NCBI RefSeq assembly: GCF_000281045.1
Contig: NW_008246081.1
Span: 480,791-544,790, forward strand
DNA length: 64,000 bases
Direction: 5' to 3'
Origin: Saprolegnia diclina VS20
Lineage: Eukaryota
The translations under genes and the position numbers were made by a program. Numbering within the stretch: the first letter of the stretch is position 1; every line of letters begins with the position of its first letter. Below the pieces are notes generated by a model that worked only from the letters and a program-made list of their open reading frames with translations, was not told the DNA's origin and did no database searches. This document shows positions 48,189 through 59,757 of this stretch, one piece after another.

Positions 48189-48758
48189 TTATAAGTTAGG
48201 GGGGGCAGCGTCGCACGAGTGTAGCAAGGACACAAAGGCAGCAACCGTAGGCGGCAAGGCGCACGGTGGCAAGCGCGGAAGGATGGCGCGGAGGGCTTGC
48301 GTGCAAGGTCGCAGTGTGCAGAAGCTTTCGGATGTCATGTGTGGTCCGAGGGCCTCCATGGCGGCGTCGCAGTGTGGATTTCGCACTTCGGCGATCAGCG
48401 ACTGCACGAGCGCGTCCTGTTCGGAGCTGCACGCCGTGTCAGCGCATGCGTTGACGAGGGCGGCGAGGTTGGTGGCCAAAGCGGCGTCGTCGTCGCGGGG
48501 CCAGCTACTGCAGGTCGAGAGCAGCGGTCGCGTCTCTCGCAAGTAGGCGACGCACGCCGGCGATGCACAGACTGCTGCGACGTCGGTCGGCGTCAGTGGT
48601 TCGCTCAGTGCCACGAGTGCGTCCATCGCGCACGCCCACGCGCCGTCGGTCGAGAGCGTGTCATGCAGTGCTGCTGACTCGACGGCGGTGCAGCGTTGGC
48701 TCGTCGCCAACGGTAGGAGCAGCGGGAAGGCGGCGCTGAGCAGCGCAAGCAGGCGCAT
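48189..48758 (-). CDS. Secreted elicitin-like protein with two tandem 6-Cys domains
   Basis: Signal peptide; domain 1 C..C..VCASPAC..C..C and domain 2 C..C..FCTLRPC..LPPC..C (12 Cys). Confidence 0.75.
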   Translation of the reverse strand: MRLLALLSAAFPLLLPLATSQRCTAVESAALHDTLSTDGAWACAMDALVALSEPLTPTDVAAVCASPACVAYLRETRPLLSTCSSWPRDDDAALATNLAALVNACADTACSSEQDALVQSLIAEVRNPHCDAAMEALGPHMTSESFCTLRPCTQALRAILPRLPPCALPPTVAAFVSLLHSCDAAPPNL

Positions 48759-49352
48759 GGCCGACTCTAATCTGAGACCGAAACGCCACCGTGGTTAAAT
48801 ATACTCCCGCACTTTCGAGTCCGGGTCACCAAAGATCCTCGTGCGATAACGTTAGAGCAATGTACATCACCTGTGACTATTGTTGCCTTCTACAGTCCCA
48901 GGTCGCGTACTCGCCAAGAACGAGACGTAGGTCGCACCGAGGGGGACTCAGCAACACGGAGCTGGTATACGAGACACAGTTCGACTTTGTAGCTCAGTCA
49001 TACCGTCCAGCATCACAGGTTACATGCTCTGGCTCATTCGCAAATGCATTCTCCTTGTGTTATATCGCCTTCAGGTGGTGGCGTGGTGGATCGCCCAAGC
49101 TGACGACAGCTCCGGTTTCGTGGAGGTTTGCTTGTGGCATGGGCGACTGCTGCACGTGGTGCTGGAGATACAAAGTGGTTGAAACGCAGCGCAGTGATGG
49201 TACTAGCCACAGAGCTTGGCCACAGGCATCGATGGTGCCATGTGACCAGCAAGTGCAATTTGGCTCGGCCTGGATCATCCGGATATAATGGCAAGGTATC
49301 CGGAAAGCGACCTTGGGTTTGCCAGCCGCAAACCGACGAGTGGAGTGGTGCC

Positions 49353-51498
49353 ATGGACGCCAGCGGAGCCGCGATGGACCAGCCACGGAAGAAGCGCAGC
49401 CGCTTCAGCGAGGCCGTGGAGCCTGCGCCATCTGCTGCGGCCGTTGATACTGCGAAGCGTCCCAAGATCGATCCGGCGGCGCTCGCAAAAGCGGCCGCGG
49501 CCGCGATCTCCAAGCAGCTGCCAAAGCACTTGGAGGCGACCGTCGGCGACGCCGAGCGCAAGAAGGCTGCACTCGAGCGGCTTGCTCGGCAGCAGCACTT
49601 GATCAAGTCCATGCAAGCACAGATTGGCCACGTCCAGGCTGCGGTGAGCAGCACGACCAATTCTTTGATTGGGCGCGGGTCGTTTCTCCCGGCGCCGCTG
49701 CTGCTCGATAACGAGGGCCGCCATATTGACGCTGAAGGCAACGTGATTGAAGAAAAAGTGGCGCCCGTCGCGACTCTCAAGGCCAACTTGGGCGGTACGT
49801 CGCTGCATTTCCCGTACATACCATCTCATGCATGCTGTAGCCGGCGCCGAGGCCGAGAAGGCCAAGCAAAAGAAGCCCGTGAACCCGTACCTTTCGTTCC
49901 GCAGCGTCGACCACCGAGACCGCGTCGATACGGTCGACCCGCGCTTGAAGACACGCAACCGCGACACGTACGCTGATGCCCACGATGGTCCTTCACGGCG
50001 CTTGCTTCTAGGCGCGGCGCCAAGAACTTTACCTTTGTCAAGCAAGGCACATACATCAAGCAAGGCGAACAACTCCGTGCGCGCGAAGCCAAGAAAATGC
50101 TGGCGGGCTTCTCGTCCGGCCGCAACCCCAACGCGTACGTCAAGGAGTCCGTCGTGGACCTCGGTGACGACGAGGCTGGTGACGCCGCCGCCGCCGCCGC
50201 GACAGCCAACAGCCTCGAAGTGCCCATGAAGCTCGAAGAGCCAGTGCCCGAGGTCGAGTGGTGGGACATTCCGTACTTGTCCAAAGACAAACAAGAAATG
50301 CTGGACAAGAACGGGTTCCTCAAGGGCCGCGGCCGCTCCGACGTGATCGACTACGTCGCAGACATGAAGCTCAAGTATGCTGGCACCGCGCACTTGATTG
50401 AGCACCCAGCGCGCATCCGCGTCGGCCGGAAGGAGGCGCCCGTGACGCTGCCACTCATGCTGACAAAAGCGGTGGGTGTCTTGGTCTTTTGTTCGTTTGC
50501 ACACTATTTGCGTGTGTAGGAGCGCAAGCGCATTCGTCGCACGGCCCGCGCCGAGCGACTCAAGGAGGTCCAAGACAAGATCGCACTGGGGCTTTTGCCC
50601 CCGCCGGAGCCCAAAGTCAAACTCAGCAACATGATGCGCGTGCTCCAGGTACCTTTGTATCAATGTATCAAGCACCAGTGGACATATGCATGGGCGATAG
50701 GACCAAGCGGTATCGGACCCGTCGGCGATCGAGCGCAAAGTCCGCGCCCAAGTCGCCCAGCGCGAGAAGAACCACGAGATGCGCAACTTGGCGCGCAAGC
50801 TCACGCCGGAAGAGCGCCGCGAGAAGATCATGCGCAAGCTCAAGGCCGACGCGTCCGGCGACCTCCACGTCGCGCTCTTCCGGTACACTAGTACATGCCT
50901 ATTACTACCTCTCATCGCAACATATATGGCGCGTAGGGCACCCGACCTCTCGCATCCGCAGCACCAGTTCAAGGTGGACGTGAACGCCCAGCAACTACAC
51001 CTCACGGGTGCCGTCGTGACTGTCAAAGAGAACCCGGAGCTCAACCTCGTCGTTGTCGAGGGCGGCCCCAAGTCGATTAAGAGCTACGTCAAGCTCATGT
51101 GCCGACGCATCGACTGGGCCAAGCGGCCGCCCCCGCGCGCGCCCAAGGTCGACCCGATGGACGCCACCAACGACGACGATGCGCAGAACGAGACGGAGGA
51201 AGCCCTGACGCAAGACGAAGTGATGTCGGAAGCGACGCAGCCGGCGCTGAAACGACCCAAGAAGAAGGCCAAGTGCTACTTGGTCTGGAAGGGCATCGTC
51301 GCCAAGCGGGCGTTTGCTTCTTTCAAGTTTCAAGAATGCAAAACAGCCTCGACCGCGCGCAAGGTGCTCGAAGCCAAGCACGTGGAGCAGTACTGGGACA
51401 TGATTGAGAGCTACAACCCGCTGCTCGAGAACCCGCACATGGCTGACGAAAACGAAAACGACGATGACGACGACGACGAGAGTGACGACGACGAATAA
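49353..51498 (+). CDS. PRP3: U4/U6 snRNP protein Prp3, multi-exon
   Basis: [97 protein letters not shown]. Confidence 0.95.
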
Positions 51499-51654
51499 CG
51501 CCGCTGGAGATACGAACCCTCGGTGAGCAACCCCAACCCTTGACTCTATTCGGTTCCTGGCTCGAGGTGCTACATGCCATGCGCATCCTAGTCGCTACGC
51601 ACATGTTGGACCCGGATATAGACAATATGTGCATGTGGTTACGAGGTATTACGT

Positions 51655-52998
51655 CTAGGCGAGCGCCTTGTAGCCCGTGTCGCGGCGCTTGACGACGCGG
51701 TGGACAAACATAGCGAGGAGGGCGAGGACGGCGAGGAGGCCGCCAAAGGTCGGGAGGCGGAACGTGTACTGGGGCGCCGCGCTGGCGTTGGCGGCCGGCG
51801 CGACCGTCGCGGGATGCACGACCGGTGCGAACGTCGTGGGTTCGAAATTGCAGATCTGCTGCCACGTGCCTGTCTCGGCAATGTGGTTGGTGATGATCCC
51901 AGCAAACTCGTCGAGCGGACAGTCGAGGGCCGAGCACTTGGCGAGGTGCACGGCGTCGCGGCCCGTCTGGGGCGACCACAGGAACGTGTTGACAAAGAAT
52001 TTGGCGTTGCGTTCGCGGACTTCAAAGAGCATGGTCGTGCCGGGGTGCAACGACGATGTGTTGAGCGCGGTCTGGAGACCCTTGAACTGGAAATCCCAGC
52101 CAAGCATCTTGCCGAGACCATGGAGCATCTCGCGGTGCCCGTGGTACGAGTAGTACTTGAAGCCGCCTTCGTCGGGCGTCGGCCGCGTCGGCTGATGGAC
52201 GTTCTTGAGGAGGAGGTCGGCAAAGCCGCCGACCCAGTAGGTTACTTGGCGCGGCGTCGAGTAGTAGCGCTCCATCAAGTGCGTGAACGACAGCTCTTCG
52301 ATCTGCGTCTGGAGCTCGGGCGTGAGGCCGGCAAGGGGCGCGAGGCCTTGCTGCTGGTCGAACGTAAACATATCGGCAAGGTCCTTGATGCCCGTGATGA
52401 TGTCTTCGCCGTCCGGGAGGTTGGGAATGTCCCAGACGTTCACGCCGCAGAGTTTGCCAATCGCTTCGAGCATCGGTCGGTTCTGCTCAATGAGCTCGGC
52501 GCCGCGCGTGCTTTGGTAGAGGTTGATGTCGGCCTTGTTGACCGCCTTGCACGGGCCCTTGGGCGCAGCAAACTCGTGTTCGTTCTTGAGCAGCTGCATA
52601 TAGACCGAGATGGGCTGCTTCTCAAAGCCCTTGGGGCCCGTGCCGTCCGGGTAGAGGCCATAGCCCATCGCAATCGCGCTCTGGCCGCAGCGGTCGGCCG
52701 AGTCGGCGCGAAAGTACGACTCGAAATGAAAGTGGTCCGGGCCGTTGATCGAGGGCGAGAGGAACTTGGCCTTGTGCACGTACTCATTCCGAACATGGTC
52801 GCCGGCGCGGCGCAGCTGCTCCATGCCGTACTCGGTGAGCTGCTCGGGCGGCACGTGGTACTTGGCAAAGTTGCCGAGGTTCTTGGGGCAGAGCGACTTG
52901 GCGATCGTGTTGGGCGCGCGGCTGCCGTGGCGCGTGAGGCTCAGCACGAGGCGAAGCTCGCTATCGGCCGTCGTCGTGTTGCTGCTGGGTGTCGACAT
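51655..52998 (-). CDS. Histidine acid phosphatase (clade 2) with C-terminal TM helix, paralog 1
   Basis: RHGSRAP; QLTEYGMEQLRRAG; YFRADSADRC; YYSYHGHRE; CPLDEF; C-terminal GGLLAVLALLAMFV. Confidence 0.9.
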   Translation of the reverse strand: MSTPSSNTTTADSELRLVLSLTRHGSRAPNTIAKSLCPKNLGNFAKYHVPPEQLTEYGMEQLRRAGDHVRNEYVHKAKFLSPSINGPDHFHFESYFRADSADRCGQSAIAMGYGLYPDGTGPKGFEKQPISVYMQLLKNEHEFAAPKGPCKAVNKADINLYQSTRGAELIEQNRPMLEAIGKLCGVNVWDIPNLPDGEDIITGIKDLADMFTFDQQQGLAPLAGLTPELQTQIEELSFTHLMERYYSTPRQVTYWVGGFADLLLKNVHQPTRPTPDEGGFKYYSYHGHREMLHGLGKMLGWDFQFKGLQTALNTSSLHPGTTMLFEVRERNAKFFVNTFLWSPQTGRDAVHLAKCSALDCPLDEFAGIITNHIAETGTWQQICNFEPTTFAPVVHPATVAPAANASAAPQYTFRLPTFGGLLAVLALLAMFVHRVVKRRDTGYKALA

Positions 52999-53795
52999 GC
53001 CGCCTGCCACGGAAAAGCCAAAATGGATCTCGCTCTGGATATGTCGTCGTTAAAAACAATCATCACGCTATACTTGGGATTCGTATCTAGAATAAAATGG
53101 TTTTAATAAAATATCCGACTCGGCAAAGTGGGCGGATGGCAATCACCGAATGTAGCCAATCAGCGACGCGCAAATCGCGCGATCTAGAACGGCCGATGAT
53201 GTGCGATTGTAGTAAAAATAGCCGAAAAGCAGCGCGAAAACCAGAAATTTGAGAGATTTCTTCACTGTGTGACGGCTACTGCGCCGCCACAGTACGCTGT
53301 CGCTCATGATTTCTTGCCCTTGGAGAACACGCAACTGTACCGCTGGCGACGACGGGTGGCGACAGTGTGTCGCGTCAGATTCCATGTATCCGGATACAGA
53401 TTCGAGGTGCAGACGCGTATTTTCAGTCCCAACGAGCGCGATGGGAGCATCGTCTGCGAGTAGTATACTGCCTGTTTGATGACGACGTTGTGCATTGGCG
53501 CTTCTCGCCAACTCGAGTGTGCCAAGGCTGCTTTGCGCCACCGCTGCCGTCCAGTACACTGCGGTGTGTGTTTGGCGCGTGTGCTGAAGGGTCGCGACGC
53601 CAATATGTTTCAGCGATCGGCGATCACCCGATCACCCGATTCACCGTCGCGCGACGGCCAGTCGTCCATCCTCTGTCAGGATTGTACAAATCTTCACGTA
53701 CGCAGGTGCTCGACGGCGTCCATGGTGCGGCACCTGCGCTTCCCAACACGAGCCAACGATATGCTGGGTGCAACGACTCTATTTCTTATTCTTAT

Positions 53796-55097
53796 TTATG
53801 GCAATACGCGGTACTCGACAGCGCGCTTTGTGCGGCGGGTGGCGCTGTGAACGGCCATGGCCACAAACACCACGAGTGCGATGAAGGGCGCAACCGTGAG
53901 CAAGATCGAGTCGTACTCGATCGCCTCGTCGTCGACGGACGTTGCCAGCACGTCCTTGGGCGAACAAATGTCCACGTACGAGCCCGTGGCGTCGAGCTGG
54001 GCCTTGAAAATGCCGTTGAACTCGTCCAGCGGACAGTCAATGGACGAGCACTTGGCGAGACGCACGGCGTCGCGGCTGGTCTGCGGCGACCACACAAACG
54101 TGTTGACAAAGAATTGGCGCTTGCGTTCGCGAACCTCGAACGTCATGGTCGTGCCGGGGTGCAACGAGGAGGTGTTGAGCGCAACGGGGAGGCCCTCGAA
54201 CTGGAAATCCCAGCCAAGCAACTTCCCGAGGCCGTGGAGCAGTTCGCGGTGCCCGTGGTACGAGTAGTACTTGTAGGTACCGTCGAGCGGCGTCGGCTGC
54301 GTCGCTTGGTTGAGGTTCTTGAGCAAGAGATCGCCAAACCCACCGACCCAGTACGTGACCTGCTCGGGCGTCGAGTAGTAGCGCTCCATGAGGTTCGTGA
54401 ACGCGAGTTGCTCCATCTCGGCGCGAATCTGCGAGGTGAGGCCCGGCAGCGGCGGGAGCCCGGCTTGCGCGTCAAACGTAAAGGCGTCCGCAATGTCCTT
54501 GATGCCCGTGATGACGTCTTCGCCGTGGGCCATGCTCGGAATCGACGGGATGTCCACGCCGCAGAGCGCACTTACGCTGTCGAGCAGCGCCTTCTTCTCG
54601 CGGAGGAGGTCCTGCGCACGGCTGCGCTCGTAGCGAAGGTCGTCGGCCTTGGCGACGGCGGCGCACGGCCCTTCGGTTGCGGCAAACTCGTGTTCGTTCT
54701 GGATGAGTTGCATGTAGATCGCAATCGGCTGCTTGGAGAAGCCCTTCGGGCCCGTCTCGTCCGGGTACAGGCCGTACCCGAGCGAGAGCGCGCTCTGGCC
54801 GCAGCGGTCGGCCGAGTCGGCGCGAAAGTACGTTTCGAAGTGCAGTCGCTCGGGGCCCGCAATCGACGGCGACAGGAATTTCTGGCGCTCGACGTACTCT
54901 TCGCGGATGTGGTTGCCGGCGAGGCGGAGCTGCTCCATGCCCTTCTCCGTCAGCTGGGCCGGTGGCACTTGGTACGCCTGCGCGTTGGCGGCGTTCGCGG
55001 GACAGAGCCGCTTGGCGATCGCGTTGGGCGCGCGGCTACCGTGACGAGATAGCGTCACGAGCACCTTGAGTTCGCTGCTGCTGCTCTTGTCCGTCAT
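53796..55097 (-). CDS. Histidine acid phosphatase (clade 2) with C-terminal TM helix, paralog 2
   Basis: RHGSRAP; same motifs as paralog 1 including YYSYHGHRE; C-terminal ILLTVAPFIALVVFVAMAV. Confidence 0.9.
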   Translation of the reverse strand: MTDKSSSSELKVLVTLSRHGSRAPNAIAKRLCPANAANAQAYQVPPAQLTEKGMEQLRLAGNHIREEYVERQKFLSPSIAGPERLHFETYFRADSADRCGQSALSLGYGLYPDETGPKGFSKQPIAIYMQLIQNEHEFAATEGPCAAVAKADDLRYERSRAQDLLREKKALLDSVSALCGVDIPSIPSMAHGEDVITGIKDIADAFTFDAQAGLPPLPGLTSQIRAEMEQLAFTNLMERYYSTPEQVTYWVGGFGDLLLKNLNQATQPTPLDGTYKYYSYHGHRELLHGLGKLLGWDFQFEGLPVALNTSSLHPGTTMTFEVRERKRQFFVNTFVWSPQTSRDAVRLAKCSSIDCPLDEFNGIFKAQLDATGSYVDICSPKDVLATSVDDEAIEYDSILLTVAPFIALVVFVAMAVHSATRRTKRAVEYRVLP

Positions 55098-55858
55098 AAA
55101 CGTTTGTGGTCAAGGTCGAGTGTCGACAAATGCCAGAAAGGTTGAAGTTGCTGGAAAGACAGGCGAGTTGGATACAAAACGGCCAATCAAATGGCGTGCG
55201 CCAGCTGGCGCGTGTCGCAGATCCGGTCGACCGTTCGTTCCACCGTCGTGCGGCACGCTTGCGTCGCAAAGGTCAACAAAAATGGCCCTTGTGCGCTGCC
55301 TTGTACGCGTACTAAGGTCGCAGCAGTTAGAGCTCGATCGTTGGATATATATTGTCTCGCCAAACCAGCTCCAGCAAATGTGCTGCTGAGCCGTCAACAT
55401 CTCTCCGATGCGCTCGAGTCGGTTCGTGCCACCAAGAGCTACTAGCCAAGAGCAAGGACATAGTATCTCATGGTGGGATAGCACATGCTGATGAAGACTT
55501 GCAACGAGCGTAGTACAGTAGTCCAAGTTTCCTTCACCTTGCGCGCCCTGGGAACAACGTAGGCAGCAGCATAACCCGTCGTGTTGACGTGTTGACTTGA
55601 CGCGTGGGATGTGGATCGACACCACATGCCACTGTGGATCAGCCTTGCCCCAAGCACGCCACGACATCGTCATGGTCGACTTCCTGCACCTCCAGCACCG
55701 AGCACGGAAACACCTCCGCGCTCACAACGCGACGGTTCGATTGGATCGCATGCGCGCGATCCGATTGGTGCCCACATACCGTATCCGGACGCGACCTTTG
55801 ACCAGCCAATGAGCGTGCGTCAAGGATTCGGGGCACGGGTCTCTCAGTCGCCAACGTC

Positions 55859-57022
55859 ATGGCCACGGTCGTCGAGAGCCATGGTCGCGTCGGCCCGCGC
55901 ATCTACGCCAAGCTGCGCGCCGACTCGTTGTACGCGACCGAGTCCGAGTCGGAGACTGACATTGTCGTTGAGATTCGGCCGCGAAAGGCGTCCGAGACCA
56001 GCCACCTCCTCGCGCCTCGGTTGGCACCAGCGACGAGTAGCAGCAGCGCGTCGCCAGGCGTGCCGCTCGTGGGCTTTGGCCTGCTCTTGTGCAGCTTTTG
56101 CACGATTTCGTCCTTGGGCGTCGCGTTCGACCTCATGACGGGCGTCGCGCCGATACTCAAGCTCTTCTGGAAGGTCAGTGGCACCGTCTGCGTCACGTCG
56201 GTCCTCTGCCTCCCGAAACTCAAAGGCATTTGCAACGGCGCGGTGGCGCTGCCGCAGCTGCACTCGCTGCTCTTGTGCGCGCTCGGCTACAGTCTCTGGA
56301 ACTGCACGTTCCTCTACGCGCTCGACCACACGTCGGTGGACCACGCGTACATTCTCAACAACAGCCACTCGCTCGTGCTCGTGCTCGGCAAGATGCTGCG
56401 TCGGCGGCCAGTCGCCTTCCAAGAAGGCATTGGCACCGTCATTGGCATCGCCGGCGGCGTCGTCACCGCGCTCGACCACACTTTGAGTCGCACAAAGGCC
56501 CTCGGCCCGAACCTCCAAGGCGACGCGGTCGCCTTCCTCGGCGCGATGGGCGCCGCCGTGTACCTCACGCACGCCAAAGACGTGCGCAGTCAAGCCAACA
56601 TGGACTTCATGGTCTTCATGTGGCTGCACATGTGCACGGTGTGCCTTCTACTGCTGCCGCTCCTCTACGCCACGGACGCGATCTCGCTCTCGACCGACCC
56701 GAACCACGGCCTCTTTGGCTGGGTCGATCTCACCCGGCTGCCGCTCGAGCTGTACCTTGTGACGGTCTGCGACTTCATCGGCGGCATGGGCTACGTCCGG
56801 GTCCTCAAGTACTTTGAGCCGATCGTGGTCTCGATTGTTATGCTGCTCGAGCCTGTCCTCGCCGTCTGCCTCGGCATCATGGTCGGCGTCTCCAACGTCC
56901 CCGGGCTCCTCACCGTTCTTGGCAGTGCGATCGTGATCCTCGGCACCGCCATGGTCATACACTCGTCGACCAAGCGCGTTCCCGTCAGCGATGTCCGCCC
57001 CTCGTATGGCACGACGGCCTAG
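55859..57022 (+). CDS. Drug/metabolite transporter (DMT/EamA) superfamily protein
   Basis: About 10 TM helices in two EamA repeats; ALDHTSVDHAYIL, GDAVAFLGA, VSIVMLLEPVLA. Confidence 0.9.
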   Translation: MATVVESHGRVGPRIYAKLRADSLYATESESETDIVVEIRPRKASETSHLLAPRLAPATSSSSASPGVPLVGFGLLLCSFCTISSLGVAFDLMTGVAPILKLFWKVSGTVCVTSVLCLPKLKGICNGAVALPQLHSLLLCALGYSLWNCTFLYALDHTSVDHAYILNNSHSLVLVLGKMLRRRPVAFQEGIGTVIGIAGGVVTALDHTLSRTKALGPNLQGDAVAFLGAMGAAVYLTHAKDVRSQANMDFMVFMWLHMCTVCLLLLPLLYATDAISLSTDPNHGLFGWVDLTRLPLELYLVTVCDFIGGMGYVRVLKYFEPIVVSIVMLLEPVLAVCLGIMVGVSNVPGLLTVLGSAIVILGTAMVIHSSTKRVPVSDVRPSYGTTA

Positions 57023-57160
57023 TCGAATAACGCGATTATAGAGAAGAATAGAAGCGTTGTTCTACCCTAATGTGCTACTTAGCTATGGTCGCAAGTCCAA
57101 GCGACAACATGTACACTCGAATGCATAATCGCCGCTTAGTCTCTGCATATCACAAGAGGA

Positions 57161-59609
57161 TTAGAGAAGCGAGGGCGCGGCCGTGGGCGAGAACGCGCCC
57201 TTCTTGCGCGTCGAGCCCGTCACGCGCGACCGCGTCTGGAGCACCTCGAGCTCGTCCGGCGTCAAGAAGAGACCGTCGTACTCGGCGTCGACGCTGCCGT
57301 CGCTGCGCATGAGCGGCCAGACGCGAATCATCCCGTCGTCATACCCCGTCGCGATGATGTTGCGACCGACCGCAAGGCTGCTTGCGCCGCCTTCAACCGC
57401 ACCCACGTACGTGCAGAGGAGCTGGAAGGGCGCAACCGCCTGCCAGAGCTTGGTCGTGCCGTCGGCGGCAGTCGACACGAGCAGTTGGCCGTCGTCCGAG
57501 ACCTGAAGACTCGAGAGACGGCCCTTGTGTCCATGAAGCGTTCCGATCGGCGCGGACGGCGCCCGCGTGTCGGCCGTGAGGTCCCACACCTTGATCGTGT
57601 GGTCCCAGCCACCCGAAAAGAGGAGGTGGCTCGATGCATGCTTGCCCCACGTGAGGCTGCTGATGACGCTCAAGTGCGCATCCGGGATAAGGCACACTTC
57701 CGAGAGCGCGTGGCCGCGCAGCCGCCAGAGCTTGATCGCGTGGTCGTTGCCGCACGTCGCCAGGCGCACGGCTTGGTTGGTGCTGGGCGCGTTGAAGACG
57801 GCGGCAAAGATGTGGCCTTGGTGCGGCGAGTTGAACTTCTTCGCCGGCGTCAGCGTCTTGATTTCGGCGTCGACCGTGTTGAGAAGCGGGACGTTTGCGC
57901 CTTGGTAACTCTGGTTGATAGCGCCCAGCTTCCAGACGCACAAACTAGTTGCATTCTCAATGCCACGCACGACCAGAGTATGATTCTACCTGTAGTCGTG
58001 GGCACCGCTGACAAGAACCGTACCGTCGGGCGACGACGCCATGCAGTAGACCTTGCCCGCGTGGCCCGTGAGCTCAACGACGCACTGCGCCCCAATGGTG
58101 GTGTCCTGCATGACAAAACCCCGAATGTCATAATCGTTGCCCGAGCAAAAGAGGAGGCGCTGGTCCGGCGTCAGCGCCAGCGCGCCCACCGAGCCGTAGA
58201 CGTCAAGTTTGGCCTCGCGGTGAATGCTGCCGACGTTGTAGAGATGGATACGGCCGTCGAGCGACGACGACACGAGGTGCTTGTCGTCATGGAGGAGCGA
58301 GACCGACGTGACGGTCCCCGTGTGCGCCACAAACTCGTTCAAGAGCACGGGCTTGGCAATGTTGTCGATATTCCAGATGCGCACCTCGTGGTTGCCGGCC
58401 GTCGCCATGAGCGGGACGCACGGGTTGACTTCCATGCGGAACACGTGCTCATCATGGGCGTTGAGCGACATCAGCAGCTCGTCGCGGGGCATCGCGAGCG
58501 GGTTGATCATGCCGGCAGCGTACGCCATGTCCGACTTGGACGCGCCGAGGATCTCTTCCAGCGCGAGCTTGTCGGCCACTTCGCGATCGCGCTCGAGGTC
58601 CTCGGCCGAGAGAATCGTCTCGTCGTCTTGGACCACGTCGAGGAGCTTCAAGAGTCGAATCGTGCCGTCGGCCGACGCCGAGTACATGTGCTGCTCGTCG
58701 TTGAGGAGGATGATGCGGCGGATGTCGCCCGTGTGGCCCTTGATGATGCGGATCTCGCGGTGCTGCGCTACGTTCCAGACCTTGATCCTAGAAATCGACA
58801 CGGGAATGATCATCATCGACGTTGCAAGTCCGAGTGCGTACGTGTTGTCGCGCGCGCCGGAAAAGAGGATCTTGCCATTCTCCGTGACTGTCAGCGTCAC
58901 GACGTCGCCTTGGTGACCTTCCATGGACGACGACACGCTGCAAGAGATGCTGCCATCGTCCTTGCGCTTCTGGATCGTGTGGGGGTGCAGGCTGCGCACG
59001 TCCCAGTTCTTGATCGACGAGTCGCGACCGGATGAGAAGAGCGCGTTGGTGTGTGCGCTGAACGTCATGGTCAGAAGCGGCGCCTTGTGCGCGGCGAGCG
59101 TCTCGAGGCAGAGCCACTCGGTGGGCACCGCGTGGTCGCGCGCCCAGAGCTTGATGGTCGTGTCCTTCGAGCCCGTCGCGAGGATGAGGCCATCGTAGAG
59201 CCACGTAGCGCATGTAATGTCGCTCTCGTGGTTGTTGTCTTCGCCGAGGCCAATGCGGTGCGCAACGTCGCCCGTCTCGACGTTGACAAACGCAAGGCCT
59301 TCCGCGCCGGCCACGAGCAAGAGGTCTTCGCGGTCCGCAAAGAACATGACAACGTGCACCTCCTTCTTGAAGAGCGGGACGATCTTCTCGAGCACGACGC
59401 CATTCGCCGTGCCCGTGGACGCGCAGACAAAGATGCTGTTGTTGCCAGCGACAAAGGCCAGGCGCCGCCCGGACGGCGACCACGACAGCGGCGAGTCGTG
59501 CGAGACGCCGACGACCTGCGCAGAGGTGAGCTCATGGCGCCATGCTAGCCTTTACCTGGATGGGCTGGACGCAGGTCCGGCTGCGCGCCTCCGTGTAGAG
59601 CTCCGCCAT
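57161..59609 (-). CDS. WD40-repeat protein (about 13-14 repeats, probably a double beta-propeller), multi-exon
   Basis: Numerous GH...SG..D.TIK.W repeats (ATGSKDTTIKLW, GHQGDV..FSGARDN, GHTGDI, GHAGKV, FSGGWDHTIKVWD). Confidence 0.92.
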
Positions 59610-59667
59610 GGTGTTGTGTCGACGCTAAACCGAAAATGGATGTCTCTGTCCGGCTGACATCGATGGT

Positions 59668-59700
59668 GATTGGCCAAAAGGCTGCATTATTGGCCAATCA
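59668..59700. promoter_or_regulatory. CCAAT boxes in the ~150-bp bidirectional promoter between the WD40 and SAC3 genes
   Basis: GATTGGCCAA and ATTGGCCAATCA give CCAAT on both strands; Inr-like CCATTTTCGGTTTAGC on the minus strand near 59625-59640. Confidence 0.55.
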
Positions 59701-59757
59701 CAGGCGGTCGATCGGCAAGTGGACATTTGGCGAGTGACACGGAACCAGGCCACGGCT

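Noticed and set aside
49275..51071. 598-aa minus-strand ORF
   Set aside because: Antisense to PRP3; no domain signal
51700..55052. Long + strand ORFs (468 aa and 561 aa)
   Set aside because: Antisense shadows of the two phosphatase genes produced by GC3 codon bias; no recognisable motifs
55450..55812. Small ORFs upstream of the DMT transporter
   Set aside because: No clear ATG-initiated spliced model or recognisable motif
57485..59035. 516-aa + strand ORF
   Set aside because: Antisense shadow of the WD40 gene
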